From Chloroflexota bacterium (GTDB taxonomy: Bacteria; Chloroflexota; Dehalococcoidia; DSTF01; RBG-16-68-14), in assembly GCA_029262675.1 (NCBI GenBank), contig JAJCYW010000015.1, forward strand, positions 4,662 through 68,661: a stretch of 64,000 nucleotides of DNA. Direction: 5' to 3'. Below the pieces are notes generated by a model, which was given only the letters and a program-made list of their open reading frames with translations, searched no databases and had not been told where the DNA came from. The translations under genes were made by a program, and so were the position numbers. Positions 11,815 through 21,018 of this stretch are shown in pieces; within the stretch, counting starts at the first letter, position 1, and every line of letters starts with the position of its first letter.

Positions 11815-12540
11815 ATGTCTCGATTTCTGCTGGTACATGGCCGCCATCACGGCGCGTGGTGCTGGGAGTATGTCGTGCCGGCGCTTCGCGCTCGCGGCCA
11901 CGCGGCGATTGCTATTGACCTCCCAGGCCAGGGAGACGACAGCACACCTGCCGGCGAGGTGACGGCCAGAGCAACCGTTGACCGCATCGTCGAGGCGCTG
12001 GAGCCGAAGACGGTACTAGTGGGGCATTCGCTGGGCGGATTCTGGTGCCACCGCGCTGCTGGAGAAGCGCCCGATCTGGTTGAACGGATGGTGTACCTTG
12101 CGACGCTCGTCGCCCGCAAGGGCGAATCGTGGGCCGAAACAGCGGAGCGATATCCAGGATCTGTTATCGATAACACCCGCCTAGACGAGGAGCAGCAAGC
12201 GATTCTACCGCCGTCCGACTACGCCGATACGGTGTATAATCGCTGCCCGGCGGGCGACGTTGAGAAAGCGCTGGCACGGCTGCGGCCGTTGCCGCTGCAA
12301 TCGCTGGTCGAAGCGGGGATGACGCCGGAGCCGTACGATTCGCATCCGTCGTCGATCGCTATCGCCTGCGTTGACGATCGGGTGCAGCCGCCGAGCGTTA
12401 TCGAACCGTCTGCGAAGGCGGCTGGCGTGCCCGTGCTCCGGATGGCGGGCGATCACTCGTCGTTCTACAGTGAGGTCGATGCGCTGGTTGGCATTCTGGA
12501 TGACATCGCGCGAGACGCGTCAGGCACAGGCGGCGGCTGA
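11815..12540 (+). CDS. Alpha/beta hydrolase (Abhydrolase_6-type esterase)
   Basis: LVHG..HGAWCW, DLPG, GHSLGG nucleophile elbow, DHS. Confidence 0.88.
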   Translation: MSRFLLVHGRHHGAWCWEYVVPALRARGHAAIAIDLPGQGDDSTPAGEVTARATVDRIVEALEPKTVLVGHSLGGFWCHRAAGEAPDLVERMVYLATLVARKGESWAETAERYPGSVIDNTRLDEEQQAILPPSDYADTVYNRCPAGDVEKALARLRPLPLQSLVEAGMTPEPYDSHPSSIAIACVDDRVQPPSVIEPSAKAAGVPVLRMAGDHSSFYSEVDALVGILDDIARDASGTGGG

Positions 12541-12546
12541 AGAGCG

Positions 12547-13395
12547 ATGAAGGAACTCGCGCCCGTACGAACGGTCGACCTGTTTCCGGTGGAGCGGCAG
12601 GAGTTGTTGACGCTGCTGGAGCAGCTATCGGCGGACGACTGGGAGCGGCCGACGATTTGCGACGGCTGGAGCGTGAAGGACCTGGCCGCCCACGTGCTGG
12701 GCGACGACCTGGGCGTGCTATCGCGCAGGAGGGACGGTCAGTCCACAGCGTTCATCGAGGTCGACACGTGGGACGCGCTGGTCGCGGAGTTGAACGTCTG
12801 GAACGAGCAATGGGTGGCCGCCTCGCGGCGGCTCAGCCCGCGACTGCTGATCGAGCTGCTTACTATCACCGGAAACGACCTGTTTCACTACCTGAAGTCG
12901 CTCGATCCGAACGCAATGGGCGGGCCGGTGAACTGGGCGGGGCCAGAGGCGGCGCCGGTCTGGATGGACACCGCTCGGGAGTACACGGAACACTGGCTGC
13001 ATCAACAGCAGATGCGTGACGCGCTGAAACAGCCGGGGCTACTGGGGCCGGAGCTGTACGGGCCGGTGCTGGCGACGTTCGTGCGGGCGCTGCCGCAGAC
13101 CTATCGGGACGTCGAAGCGGAGGACGGCACGCACGTGACGCTCGTCGTGACAGGCGATGCGGGCGGCGAGTGGTCGCTGGTGAAGCAGGAAGGCGGCTGG
13201 GCGCTGGGGTCCGGCGAGGCGGGCGCGCCCGACGCGACGGCACCCGCCGTCGCCACCGCGACGGTCGACGAGCGGCTGGCTTGGCGTTTGTTCACGAAAG
13301 GGCTCACGGACGAACAAGCGCGCGATGCGGTGCGCATCGAGGGCGACCGAGCCTTAGGTGAACACGTGCTGCGCGCGGTGGCGATCATCGCGTAG
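12547..13395 (+). CDS. Mycothiol-dependent maleylpyruvate isomerase (MDMPI/DinB) family protein
   Basis: PTICDGWSVKDLAAH, EHWLHQQQMRDA, C-terminal SCP2-like domain. Confidence 0.85.
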   Translation: MKELAPVRTVDLFPVERQELLTLLEQLSADDWERPTICDGWSVKDLAAHVLGDDLGVLSRRRDGQSTAFIEVDTWDALVAELNVWNEQWVAASRRLSPRLLIELLTITGNDLFHYLKSLDPNAMGGPVNWAGPEAAPVWMDTAREYTEHWLHQQQMRDALKQPGLLGPELYGPVLATFVRALPQTYRDVEAEDGTHVTLVVTGDAGGEWSLVKQEGGWALGSGEAGAPDATAPAVATATVDERLAWRLFTKGLTDEQARDAVRIEGDRALGEHVLRAVAIIA

Positions 13396-13406
13396 GGAAG
13401 TAACCA

Positions 13407-13751
13407 ATGGCAAACGTCCTGTTAGCGGTCGCAGTTGTGTTGCTCATCCTCGCCCACGCGGCGTTGACCGGATTTCTCGTGGTAAGGCCTGCGCGTGTGA
13501 TTCAAATCATAATGGCCATGCCGACTTCTAGGCATCCGGTCGTTATTGCGCGGACGCGGTTCATTGCCAAGCTGCCGCCATGGTTTTGGCTGCTGGAGGG
13601 GCGCAGCGCTGAAGATGTGCTGGAGGTCGCGCCTACACATCCGGAAGAGTTTCCGCGAATGGTTGCAGCTATTCGGCTACTTGGCGCGGCTGCTCTGGGC
13701 GTGAATGTGGGGATCGTTCTTCTCTTATTGGCGATGATCGCGTTCGCATGA
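13407..13751 (+). CDS. Hypothetical membrane protein
   Basis: 114 aa with two hydrophobic segments, follows the operon. Confidence 0.5.
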   Translation: MANVLLAVAVVLLILAHAALTGFLVVRPARVIQIIMAMPTSRHPVVIARTRFIAKLPPWFWLLEGRSAEDVLEVAPTHPEEFPRMVAAIRLLGAAALGVNVGIVLLLLAMIAFA

Positions 13752-13818
13752 GAATGCAGCTGCTGACCAACAGGGATAGTTGGCGAGTGCCTATGGGGAT
13801 GGTCGAGCTAGCGCGGGC

Positions 13819-14118
13819 CTAGTAGTTGCCGCCGCCGCCGCCGCTGCGCTGCTGCGCGAAGCAGTCCGAGCAGTAGACCGGGCGGTCGCCGCGGGGCTCG
13901 AAGGGAACCTCCGCTTCCTTGCCGCAGTTGCTGCACGTGACCTTGTGCATCTCCCGCGGGCCGGAGCCACCCCGCTCCGTCTTGCGGGACTGCCGGCAGG
14001 CCGGGCAGCGCTTCGGCTCCTGGTAGCCCTTGAGCGAGAAGAACTCCTGATCATCCGCGCTAAACGTGAATGACTCGCTGCAGTCTCCGCATGTGAGTGT
14101 TCGATCTTCGTAGGTCAC
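13819..14118 (-). CDS. Zinc-ribbon + CxxC-x17-CxxC domain protein
   Basis: GTG start with GAAAGGGG RBS; DRTLTCGDC..F.FSADDQEFF..KGY..PKRCPACR and CSNCG..AEVPFEP...RPVYCSDC. Confidence 0.9.
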   Translation of the reverse strand: MTYEDRTLTCGDCSESFTFSADDQEFFSLKGYQEPKRCPACRQSRKTERGGSGPREMHKVTCSNCGKEAEVPFEPRGDRPVYCSDCFAQQRSGGGGGNY

Positions 14119-14191
14119 GAGACGACCCCTTTCGTGCGCTGTGCCCAGGTCGCCTGTACCGAGTCTCGATTTCGAGAGCAGAGAACTGATG

Positions 14192-14250
14192 ACGTGGACG
14201 AATTCCTGTCCATATGTGGACGACTTCCAGTCCATACGTGGACTACTTCC
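14192..14250. repeat. Three phased 22-bp repeats, two with GTCCA-N4-TGGAC palindromes, in the 5' region of the zinc-ribbon gene
   Basis: GTGGAC at 14194, 14216 and 14238, each followed by (G/T)A(A/C)TTCC. Confidence 0.75.
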
Positions 14251-14321
14251 TACGTCTATGGTACGCCAACAATCGCGTAAATGGAAGCGCTGAGTAGAGA
14301 GATCTTGGCGCCTCTGCGAAG

Positions 14322-14975
14322 CTAGCGAAGCTGCGATCGGAGCAGGATCACGCGCCAGATGACGTTGGCGTGGAGCAGCCCGGAGAGCACGACGAGCGTC
14401 CAGAACATGACGTCGACCTGCCACGTCGCTACGAGGGCAGCGACGGCTATGTAGAAGATACGGACGTCGCGGCCGGAGGTGACGTACGCGAAGGCGGGTT
14501 CCAGCTGTCGCTTGGGGTAGTTGGAATGCACCGTGGAGCGGTACTTCTCCGACGTGGTAGCGAGCAGGAACGTGCCGCCAAGCGCGACGAGGCCGGCGGC
14601 CCAGGCCCAGTTGTCCCACGAATCGGAGAGGGCGTAGGCGATGGCGAGCAGCGCGGCGTACTCGACGGCGCGGTCGACGACGGTATCCAGGAAGTCGCCG
14701 TAGCGGCTCTCCGTGCCGGTCCGCCGCGCGATTTCGCCATCGACGCCACTGAGGATGGAGGAGAGCTGAACGAGCAGGCCGCCCAGCCACCAGACCTGGA
14801 GCGCGAAGGCGGCAGCCGCCCCGCCGCCGGCGGCAAAGGCGAGCAGCGTCGCGAAGGTGGGCGAGAGGCCGGCGTTGGCGAGCGGCGCGGAGATGGCGCG
14901 GGAGATCGGACGGTTGAGGAGCAGCGAGACCGGGCCGTCGCTGGGCTTCTCGAGCGGGTGGAGGCTGCGTTTCAC
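14322..14975 (-). CDS. CDP-alcohol phosphatidyltransferase family (DIPP-synthase-like)
   Basis: KPSDGPVS..LNRPIS and DGEIARR......GDFLDTVVDR signature; GTGA overlap with the asnB stop. Confidence 0.85.
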   Translation of the reverse strand: MKRSLHPLEKPSDGPVSLLLNRPISRAISAPLANAGLSPTFATLLAFAAGGGAAAAFALQVWWLGGLLVQLSSILSGVDGEIARRTGTESRYGDFLDTVVDRAVEYAALLAIAYALSDSWDNWAWAAGLVALGGTFLLATTSEKYRSTVHSNYPKRQLEPAFAYVTSGRDVRIFYIAVAALVATWQVDVMFWTLVVLSGLLHANVIWRVILLRSQLR

Positions 14976-16993
14976 GGCGAGACCGCGGCCGTGACGGCGG
15001 CCGGCTCCTGAGCCTGTGCGACCGTGCTTCCGTCCAGGACGTAGTCCGGGAAGTAGGCCCGGAACCACTCCTCCAGGTTGACGAGCATCCAGAGCTTCGT
15101 GCCGAAGTCGCCGCCGCCCGCTTGGTTGATAGCGCCGCCGCGCTCCAGCCAGTGATCCAACGCTACGGGGTCGAGGACGCCGCGCTCGCGGGACTCGTCC
15201 GATAGCAGGAGGTAGCGAGCGTGAGCGAGGAAGCCGCTGTTGAGCCAGCGCGCCAGCGGGACCTTGAAGCCGATCTTGCGCCGGTTGACGATGGCGTCCG
15301 GCAGGGCGTCCGCGAAGGCGCGGCGGAGGATGTACTTGGTCACGTCGTCGCGCTCGCGAAGCTCGTCGGAGAACGAGAACGCGGCGCGGGCGCGGTGGAA
15401 GGGCGACCGCCAGCGGAGCTTGTAGCGAAGCGGCATCCGGACGACCGCTTCGACGAGGGCGTGATCGACGAAGGGAACGCGCGCCTCGACTGACGAGGCC
15501 ATCGTCATCGCGTCGATGCGCGTGAGCAGGTTCTGGAGGTGGGTCTTCTGCAGGACGTGGAGCACGCGGTCGTAGTAGGGGAGGCCGGCGGTGCCTTCGA
15601 AGAGGCGGGCGAATGCGCGCTCGGCGGTGCTGGAGCGGAGGGCGCGGCGGGCGTCTGGGGACAGGAGGCCGGATCGCTCCTCTGGGCCGAACCAGTTGTA
15701 TCCGGCGAGGAAGTGGTCGAGCTCGCCGTCGAACTGCGTGCGGCCGCCGTACTTTGCGGCCATGCCACCGTCCAGGAGACGGCGCAGTCGCGCCGGCAGG
15801 CGGCGGAGGGCGTGGGCTTTGTGGAAGTCGAACGGGATGCGGCAGTAGTCGCCGTAGCCCGCGAAGAGCTCGTCGGCGCCCTCGCCGGAGAGGACGACGG
15901 TGATGTCTTCCTGCAGCGCGCGCGTCATCTCGTATAGGGGCACCTCGTTGGGAACGGCGAGCGGGGCGTCGCGCTGCCGGATCAGCTCCGGCAGCAGCTC
16001 CATGTAGCGAGAGGGGTCGAGGCGCACCTCGGTGTGGTCGGTCTTGAAGTGCTGCGCGACGAGACGGGCGTGGGCCGTGTCGTCGTCGGCTTCGCCGACG
16101 ACGTTGCCGACGCTCACTGAGTAGGTCTTGAGGCCAGGGCCGAGCTGCTCTGCCATCAGCGCGACGACGATGCTGGAATCGAGGCCGCCCGAGAGGTAGG
16201 CGCCGAGCGGGACGTCGGACATCAGGCGCTTTTCGACGGCGTCCGAGACGAGCGAGCGCGTCTGCTCCAGGTAATGTCGCTCGCCGAGGTCCGTCTCGCC
16301 GTCTGGGTGGGGGAGCTCCCAGTAGGGCTCGATCTTCACTTCGCCACGCTCGACGGTGAGGGTGTGGCCGGCCGGTAGAGAGTGGATGCCGCTGAACATC
16401 GTTTCGGAGGAGACGGGGTGGCGGTAGCCCAGATAGGCGGCCACGGCGTCGATGTTTGGCGCCGGGTTCAGGTCGCCTCCGGCGACCAGCGCTTTGATCT
16501 CCGAGGCGAAGAGGAGGAGGCGGCCTTCGCGGCCGACGGCTTGGGCGTAGTAGAGCGGCTTGATGCCGAGGCGGTCGCGGGCGAGAAGGAGGCGGCGGCG
16601 CTGCGGGTCCCATATGGCGAAGGCGAACATGCCGTCCAGCTTGTGGAGCAGGCCATCGCCCTCTTCGTCGTAGAGGCGCACGATCACTTCGGTATCGGTG
16701 CGGGAGCGGAAGCTGTGGCCGCGGCGGATGAGGGCGTTGCGCAGTTCGCGGTGGTTGTAGATTTCGCCGTTGTACGCGACCTGCGCGCTGCCGTCTCGGC
16801 CAGCGAGTGGCTGCCGTCCGTTGCGCGACAGGTCGATGATCGAGAGCCGCTGGTGGCCGAGCGCGCAGCGGCTGTCTTGCCAGACGCCGGAGTCGTCCGG
16901 GCCGCGGTGACGGAGAGCGGCCGTCATGCGCTCGATGACGGCGGCCGGGAGCGGTGAGCCGTCTATGCTGACGATGCCTGCGATGCCGCACAT
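14972..16993 (-). CDS. asnB: Asparagine synthase (glutamine-hydrolyzing) family amidotransferase
   Basis: MCGIAG, HRGPDD, RLSIIDL, NGEIYN, LSGGLDSS, SGEGADE, EARVPF. Confidence 0.9.
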   Translation of the reverse strand: MCGIAGIVSIDGSPLPAAVIERMTAALRHRGPDDSGVWQDSRCALGHQRLSIIDLSRNGRQPLAGRDGSAQVAYNGEIYNHRELRNALIRRGHSFRSRTDTEVIVRLYDEEGDGLLHKLDGMFAFAIWDPQRRRLLLARDRLGIKPLYYAQAVGREGRLLLFASEIKALVAGGDLNPAPNIDAVAAYLGYRHPVSSETMFSGIHSLPAGHTLTVERGEVKIEPYWELPHPDGETDLGERHYLEQTRSLVSDAVEKRLMSDVPLGAYLSGGLDSSIVVALMAEQLGPGLKTYSVSVGNVVGEADDDTAHARLVAQHFKTDHTEVRLDPSRYMELLPELIRQRDAPLAVPNEVPLYEMTRALQEDITVVLSGEGADELFAGYGDYCRIPFDFHKAHALRRLPARLRRLLDGGMAAKYGGRTQFDGELDHFLAGYNWFGPEERSGLLSPDARRALRSSTAERAFARLFEGTAGLPYYDRVLHVLQKTHLQNLLTRIDAMTMASSVEARVPFVDHALVEAVVRMPLRYKLRWRSPFHRARAAFSFSDELRERDDVTKYILRRAFADALPDAIVNRRKIGFKVPLARWLNSGFLAHARYLLLSDESRERGVLDPVALDHWLERGGAINQAGGGDFGTKLWMLVNLEEWFRAYFPDYVLDGSTVAQAQEPAAVTAAVSP

Positions 16994-17148
16994 AGGGGTA
17001 TCGTAGCGCCTTGGCACTGGGCCTGCAGCGCGGGCACGGGGCGCCACGCGCAGGCGTGTGTGTGACGTTCGGCAACCGGGGCACTTTCTCGACGTACGGC
17101 GGGCCGATACACTGACGCGTCGCCGCCCGAATCTAGTTCTTCCTTTAT

Positions 17149-18903
17149 ATGACTGACGAACAGCTAGACCTGCGCGCAGGCGCCGGCCTGATTGCGCGTG
17201 AGATCCGACGACAGGCGCTTCCCCTGGGCCTGGCGATGACCTGCGCCGTGATCTGGACCGTGGCGCGGCTGGCGATCCCGGTGTTAACCGGAGAGACGAT
17301 CGACCGCGCGATCGACGTGCCTGGCGGGCCGAAGCTCGACCTGCTGCTGGCGCTCGTGCTGGCGGTGGTGGCGATGGCGGCGGTGCAGGGCGCGGCCGCG
17401 GCGTTCCGCCGCTACTTCGCGATGAGCACCAGCTATCGAGTGGAGACCGACCTGCGCGGCAAGCTCTACAATCGCGTGAACCGGCTGTCGTTCGACTACT
17501 ACGACAGGACGGCCACCGGTCAACTAATGTCGCGCGGGAGCACGGACCTCCACGAGATCCAACTGCTGGTGGTGCTGATCCCGATCAACACGGCGTTCCT
17601 GATGATGGGCATCGGCGCGTTCTTCCTATTGGTGCGCGTCCACGTCGGGCTGGCGGTGCTGGCGATCGGCGTCTATCCAATTGTCACGGCGATCACGGTG
17701 CGCTTCTTCAACAAGCTGTTTCCGGCGACGGCGCGTGTGCAGCAGGAGTTGGGCGACCTGACGAACGTCGTGGAAGAGAACATCGCCGGGGCGCGGCTGG
17801 TGCGGTCGTTTGGCCGTGAGCAACACGAGATCGAGCGACTGGGGACGGTCGCGGACCAGATTTACGACGACAGCATGGAGGTGGCCCGGCTGCGGACGGC
17901 TTACGCGCCGCTCTTCTTCCTGCTGCCGGCGCTGGGCCAGCTTGCCATTCTCGGCTACGGCGGTTGGTTGGTAACGGAAGGACGCGTCAGCATTGGTGAG
18001 TTTGTCGCGTTCTTCCAGTTCTTGAACATGCTGGTATGGCCGGTGCAGGGGCTGGGCGAGATGGTGGCGAACGCACAGCGAGCGGCGACATCGGCCGCGC
18101 GGCTCTGGAACGTGCTGCGCGAGGAGGCGACCGTCAGGGAGGCGCCGCACGCGCAGTCGCTGCCGGCGGGCGCAGGGGAGGTCGAGTTCGACGACGTCTG
18201 GTTCTCGTACGAGCCCAACCGCCCTGTGCTGCGGGAGCTTTCGATGCGGGTGCCGGCGGGAACGGCGATCGCGCTTGTGGGGCCGACGGGTTGCGGAAAA
18301 TCGACCGTGGCGCAGCTCCTGCCGCGCTTCTACGACGTCGAGGCGGGCACGATCAAGATCGACGGTGTCGACGTGCGTGACGTGAAGCTGCAGGAGCTGC
18401 GGCGGAGCGTGGGGTTGGTGTTCGAGGACACGTTCCTGTTCTCCGACACGATCGGCAACAACATCGCCTATGGGCGACTGGACGCGACGGACGCCGAAAT
18501 TGAAGAGGCGGCGGCGTTGGCGCAGGCGGCGGAGTTCATCGACAAGCTGCCGGATGGGTACGAGACCGTCGTCGGAGAGCAGGGCTTTTCGCTGTCCGGC
18601 GGCCAGCGCCAGCGGATCGCGATCGCGCGGGCGGTGCTGACGCAGCCGCGCGTGCTGATCCTGGACGACGCGACGTCCAGCGTGGACGCGCGGATGGAGG
18701 AGGATATCCGGGGGGCGCTGCAACGGGTGATGGAGGGGCGCACGACGATCATCATTTCGCACCGGCTGGCGACGATCTCGCTGGCGGACAAGGTTGTGCT
18801 GCTGGACGAGGGCCGTGTGGCGGACGTGGGCACGCACGCGGAGCTGATGCTGAGCAGCGATCGGTACCGCGAGGTGCTGGGACAGCTAGCGGTGACGTCA
18901 TGA
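17149..18903 (+). CDS. ABC exporter, TMD + NBD (heterodimer subunit 1)
   Basis: Six-TM domain, GPTGCGKS, LSGGQRQR, degenerate LDDATS. Confidence 0.92.
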   Translation: MTDEQLDLRAGAGLIAREIRRQALPLGLAMTCAVIWTVARLAIPVLTGETIDRAIDVPGGPKLDLLLALVLAVVAMAAVQGAAAAFRRYFAMSTSYRVETDLRGKLYNRVNRLSFDYYDRTATGQLMSRGSTDLHEIQLLVVLIPINTAFLMMGIGAFFLLVRVHVGLAVLAIGVYPIVTAITVRFFNKLFPATARVQQELGDLTNVVEENIAGARLVRSFGREQHEIERLGTVADQIYDDSMEVARLRTAYAPLFFLLPALGQLAILGYGGWLVTEGRVSIGEFVAFFQFLNMLVWPVQGLGEMVANAQRAATSAARLWNVLREEATVREAPHAQSLPAGAGEVEFDDVWFSYEPNRPVLRELSMRVPAGTAIALVGPTGCGKSTVAQLLPRFYDVEAGTIKIDGVDVRDVKLQELRRSVGLVFEDTFLFSDTIGNNIAYGRLDATDAEIEEAAALAQAAEFIDKLPDGYETVVGEQGFSLSGGQRQRIAIARAVLTQPRVLILDDATSSVDARMEEDIRGALQRVMEGRTTIIISHRLATISLADKVVLLDEGRVADVGTHAELMLSSDRYREVLGQLAVTS

Positions 18904-20690
18904 TCGACCGCTCTGCCATGACGAGGCGCGAACAGGAGGCCGCGGTGCCGAGCTTCTCGGAATCGTGGAAGATGCTGTCGCCGCGCTGGAAGGTGATCGT
19001 GGTCGCGACGGGGGCGATCTGCCTGTTCGCGGCTTCGAACCTGGCGCGCCCTATTGTCATCCAGCAGGCGATCGACAAGGGGTTGGTGGGCGGCGACACC
19101 GACGCGATCGTTGTGGCGTCGATTCTGTTCCTGGCACTGTCGTTCGCGGGGTACCTTTTCCAAGCGCTCAGCATCTACACGGTGACGTGGGTGGGTCAGC
19201 AGTTCCTGCGCGACCTGCGGATGCGGCTGTTCACGCACTACCAGCGGCTCTCGATGTCGTTCTTCGACAAGGAGAGCTCCGGCAAGCTGGTGGCGCGTAT
19301 GACGGCGGACATGAACGCGCTCACCGACGTGCTGAACAACGGCTTCCTGATGGTGGTGCAGGCGCTGTTCTTGCTGATCGGCACTGTGATCATCCTCTTC
19401 GTGCTGAGCTGGCAGTTGGCGTTGATCAGCCTGGCGGTGCTGCCGCCGCTGGTGATCGCGACGGCGATCTTCCGGGTCTACTCTTCGCGCGCCTACGAGG
19501 CGGTTCGCGACCGCATCGCGGATGTGCTGGTGCAGATGCAGGAGACGTTTGCGGGGATGCGGGTGGTGCAGGCCTACGCTCGGGAACGCCACAACGTGGA
19601 GCGCTTTGGCGCGGTGAACGAGCTGAATTACGAAGCCAACCTGAAGACGGTGCGGATCTCATCGATGTACATCCCGTTCATCGAGTGGCTGGGCGGCGTC
19701 GGCGTCGGGCTGATCCTCTACTTCGGCGGCCGGGGTATCTTCGGCGCGGAGGTGAGCGTGGGAACGGTGGCCGCCTTCATCTTCTATCTGAACTTCATCT
19801 TCCAGCCGATCCAGCAGCTCTCGCAGGTGTACGACATGCTGCAAAGTGGCACGGCGGCGCTGAACAAGGTGTTCGGGCTGCTGGCGATCGAACCCGAGCT
19901 GGACGCCGCGCGCGACGCGGCGCCTCTGGCGCGGCCCGTGCGCGGCGCGCTGGAGTTCGGCGGTGTGTCGTTTTCGTATGGACCGGACGCGGAAGTCTTG
20001 CACGACATCGGCATCGCGATCGAGCCTGGGCAGCGCGTGGCGCTGGTCGGGCCGACGGGGGCGGGCAAGTCGACGATGGCGAAGCTGCTGATGCGATTCT
20101 ACGACCCGACGGCCGGCGCGGTCTCGTTGGACGGCCGCGACCTGCGCGAGGTGGCGGCGGAGGACCTACGGCAGGCGGTGATCATGGTGCCGCAGGAGGG
20201 CTTCCTGTTCAGCGGCACGGTTGCGGAGAACATCCGATTCGGCAAGCCGGACGCGACGCTGGACGAGCTGATCGTTGCCTGCGAGGCGCTGGGCGTGCAC
20301 GAGATGATCGAGTCGCTGCCGTCCGGCTACGACACGCGCGTGAGCTATCGCGGGTCGCGGCTCTCCGCCGGTGAGAAGCAGCTCGTCTCGCTGGCGCGAG
20401 CGTTTGTCGCCGACCCGCCGGTGCTGATCCTGGATGAGGCGACTTCCAGCCTGGACCCGGGCACGGAGGCGCTGGTGGAGGAGGCGATCCGGCGGGCGCT
20501 GGCCGGAAGGACGAGCGTCGTCATCGCGCATAGATTAAGCACTGCGGAGCAGGCGGAGCGGGTGCTGGTGGTGGATGAGGGGCGTGTGATCGAGGACGGA
20601 TCGCATGAGGAGCTGGTGGCGAAAGACGGCCACTACGCGGCGCTGCACCAGCGCTGGACGGAGCGCGGGCAGTCGTTCGAGGCGGTCTGA
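18900..20690 (+). CDS. ABC exporter, TMD + NBD (heterodimer subunit 2)
   Basis: GPTGAGKS, LSAGEKQ, LDEATS; ATGA overlap. Confidence 0.92.
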   Translation: MIDRSAMTRREQEAAVPSFSESWKMLSPRWKVIVVATGAICLFAASNLARPIVIQQAIDKGLVGGDTDAIVVASILFLALSFAGYLFQALSIYTVTWVGQQFLRDLRMRLFTHYQRLSMSFFDKESSGKLVARMTADMNALTDVLNNGFLMVVQALFLLIGTVIILFVLSWQLALISLAVLPPLVIATAIFRVYSSRAYEAVRDRIADVLVQMQETFAGMRVVQAYARERHNVERFGAVNELNYEANLKTVRISSMYIPFIEWLGGVGVGLILYFGGRGIFGAEVSVGTVAAFIFYLNFIFQPIQQLSQVYDMLQSGTAALNKVFGLLAIEPELDAARDAAPLARPVRGALEFGGVSFSYGPDAEVLHDIGIAIEPGQRVALVGPTGAGKSTMAKLLMRFYDPTAGAVSLDGRDLREVAAEDLRQAVIMVPQEGFLFSGTVAENIRFGKPDATLDELIVACEALGVHEMIESLPSGYDTRVSYRGSRLSAGEKQLVSLARAFVADPPVLILDEATSSLDPGTEALVEEAIRRALAGRTSVVIAHRLSTAEQAERVLVVDEGRVIEDGSHEELVAKDGHYAALHQRWTERGQSFEAV

Positions 20691-21018
20691 CGCCGGCAGG
20701 GCCGGCGTCCTGGAGAATGCTCCGCATTCTCCGGCTTTTGCGATAGGATCGCACGGCGCTTGCGAGCCCGCCATTACATTTCTAGCGGTGGGCGGCTACT
20801 CGCTGCGCGAGTAGCTTCAAGAAGGCTCCGCGCAACGCGGAGCGTTCTTTGGTTTCTGCTATCGGGGCTCGGTCGCCGACACGCGGCGCTGGCGTGGGCG
20901 CTTCTACATCTCCAGAGGCGGGTAGTAGGTTCTCGGCTGTCGGCGTAGCCGGCAGCTTCGAGAAGGCTGCAGGCGCAGCCTTCTCTGGGCGCACGATCTT
21001 GCGGATTCCTCGGCCTAT

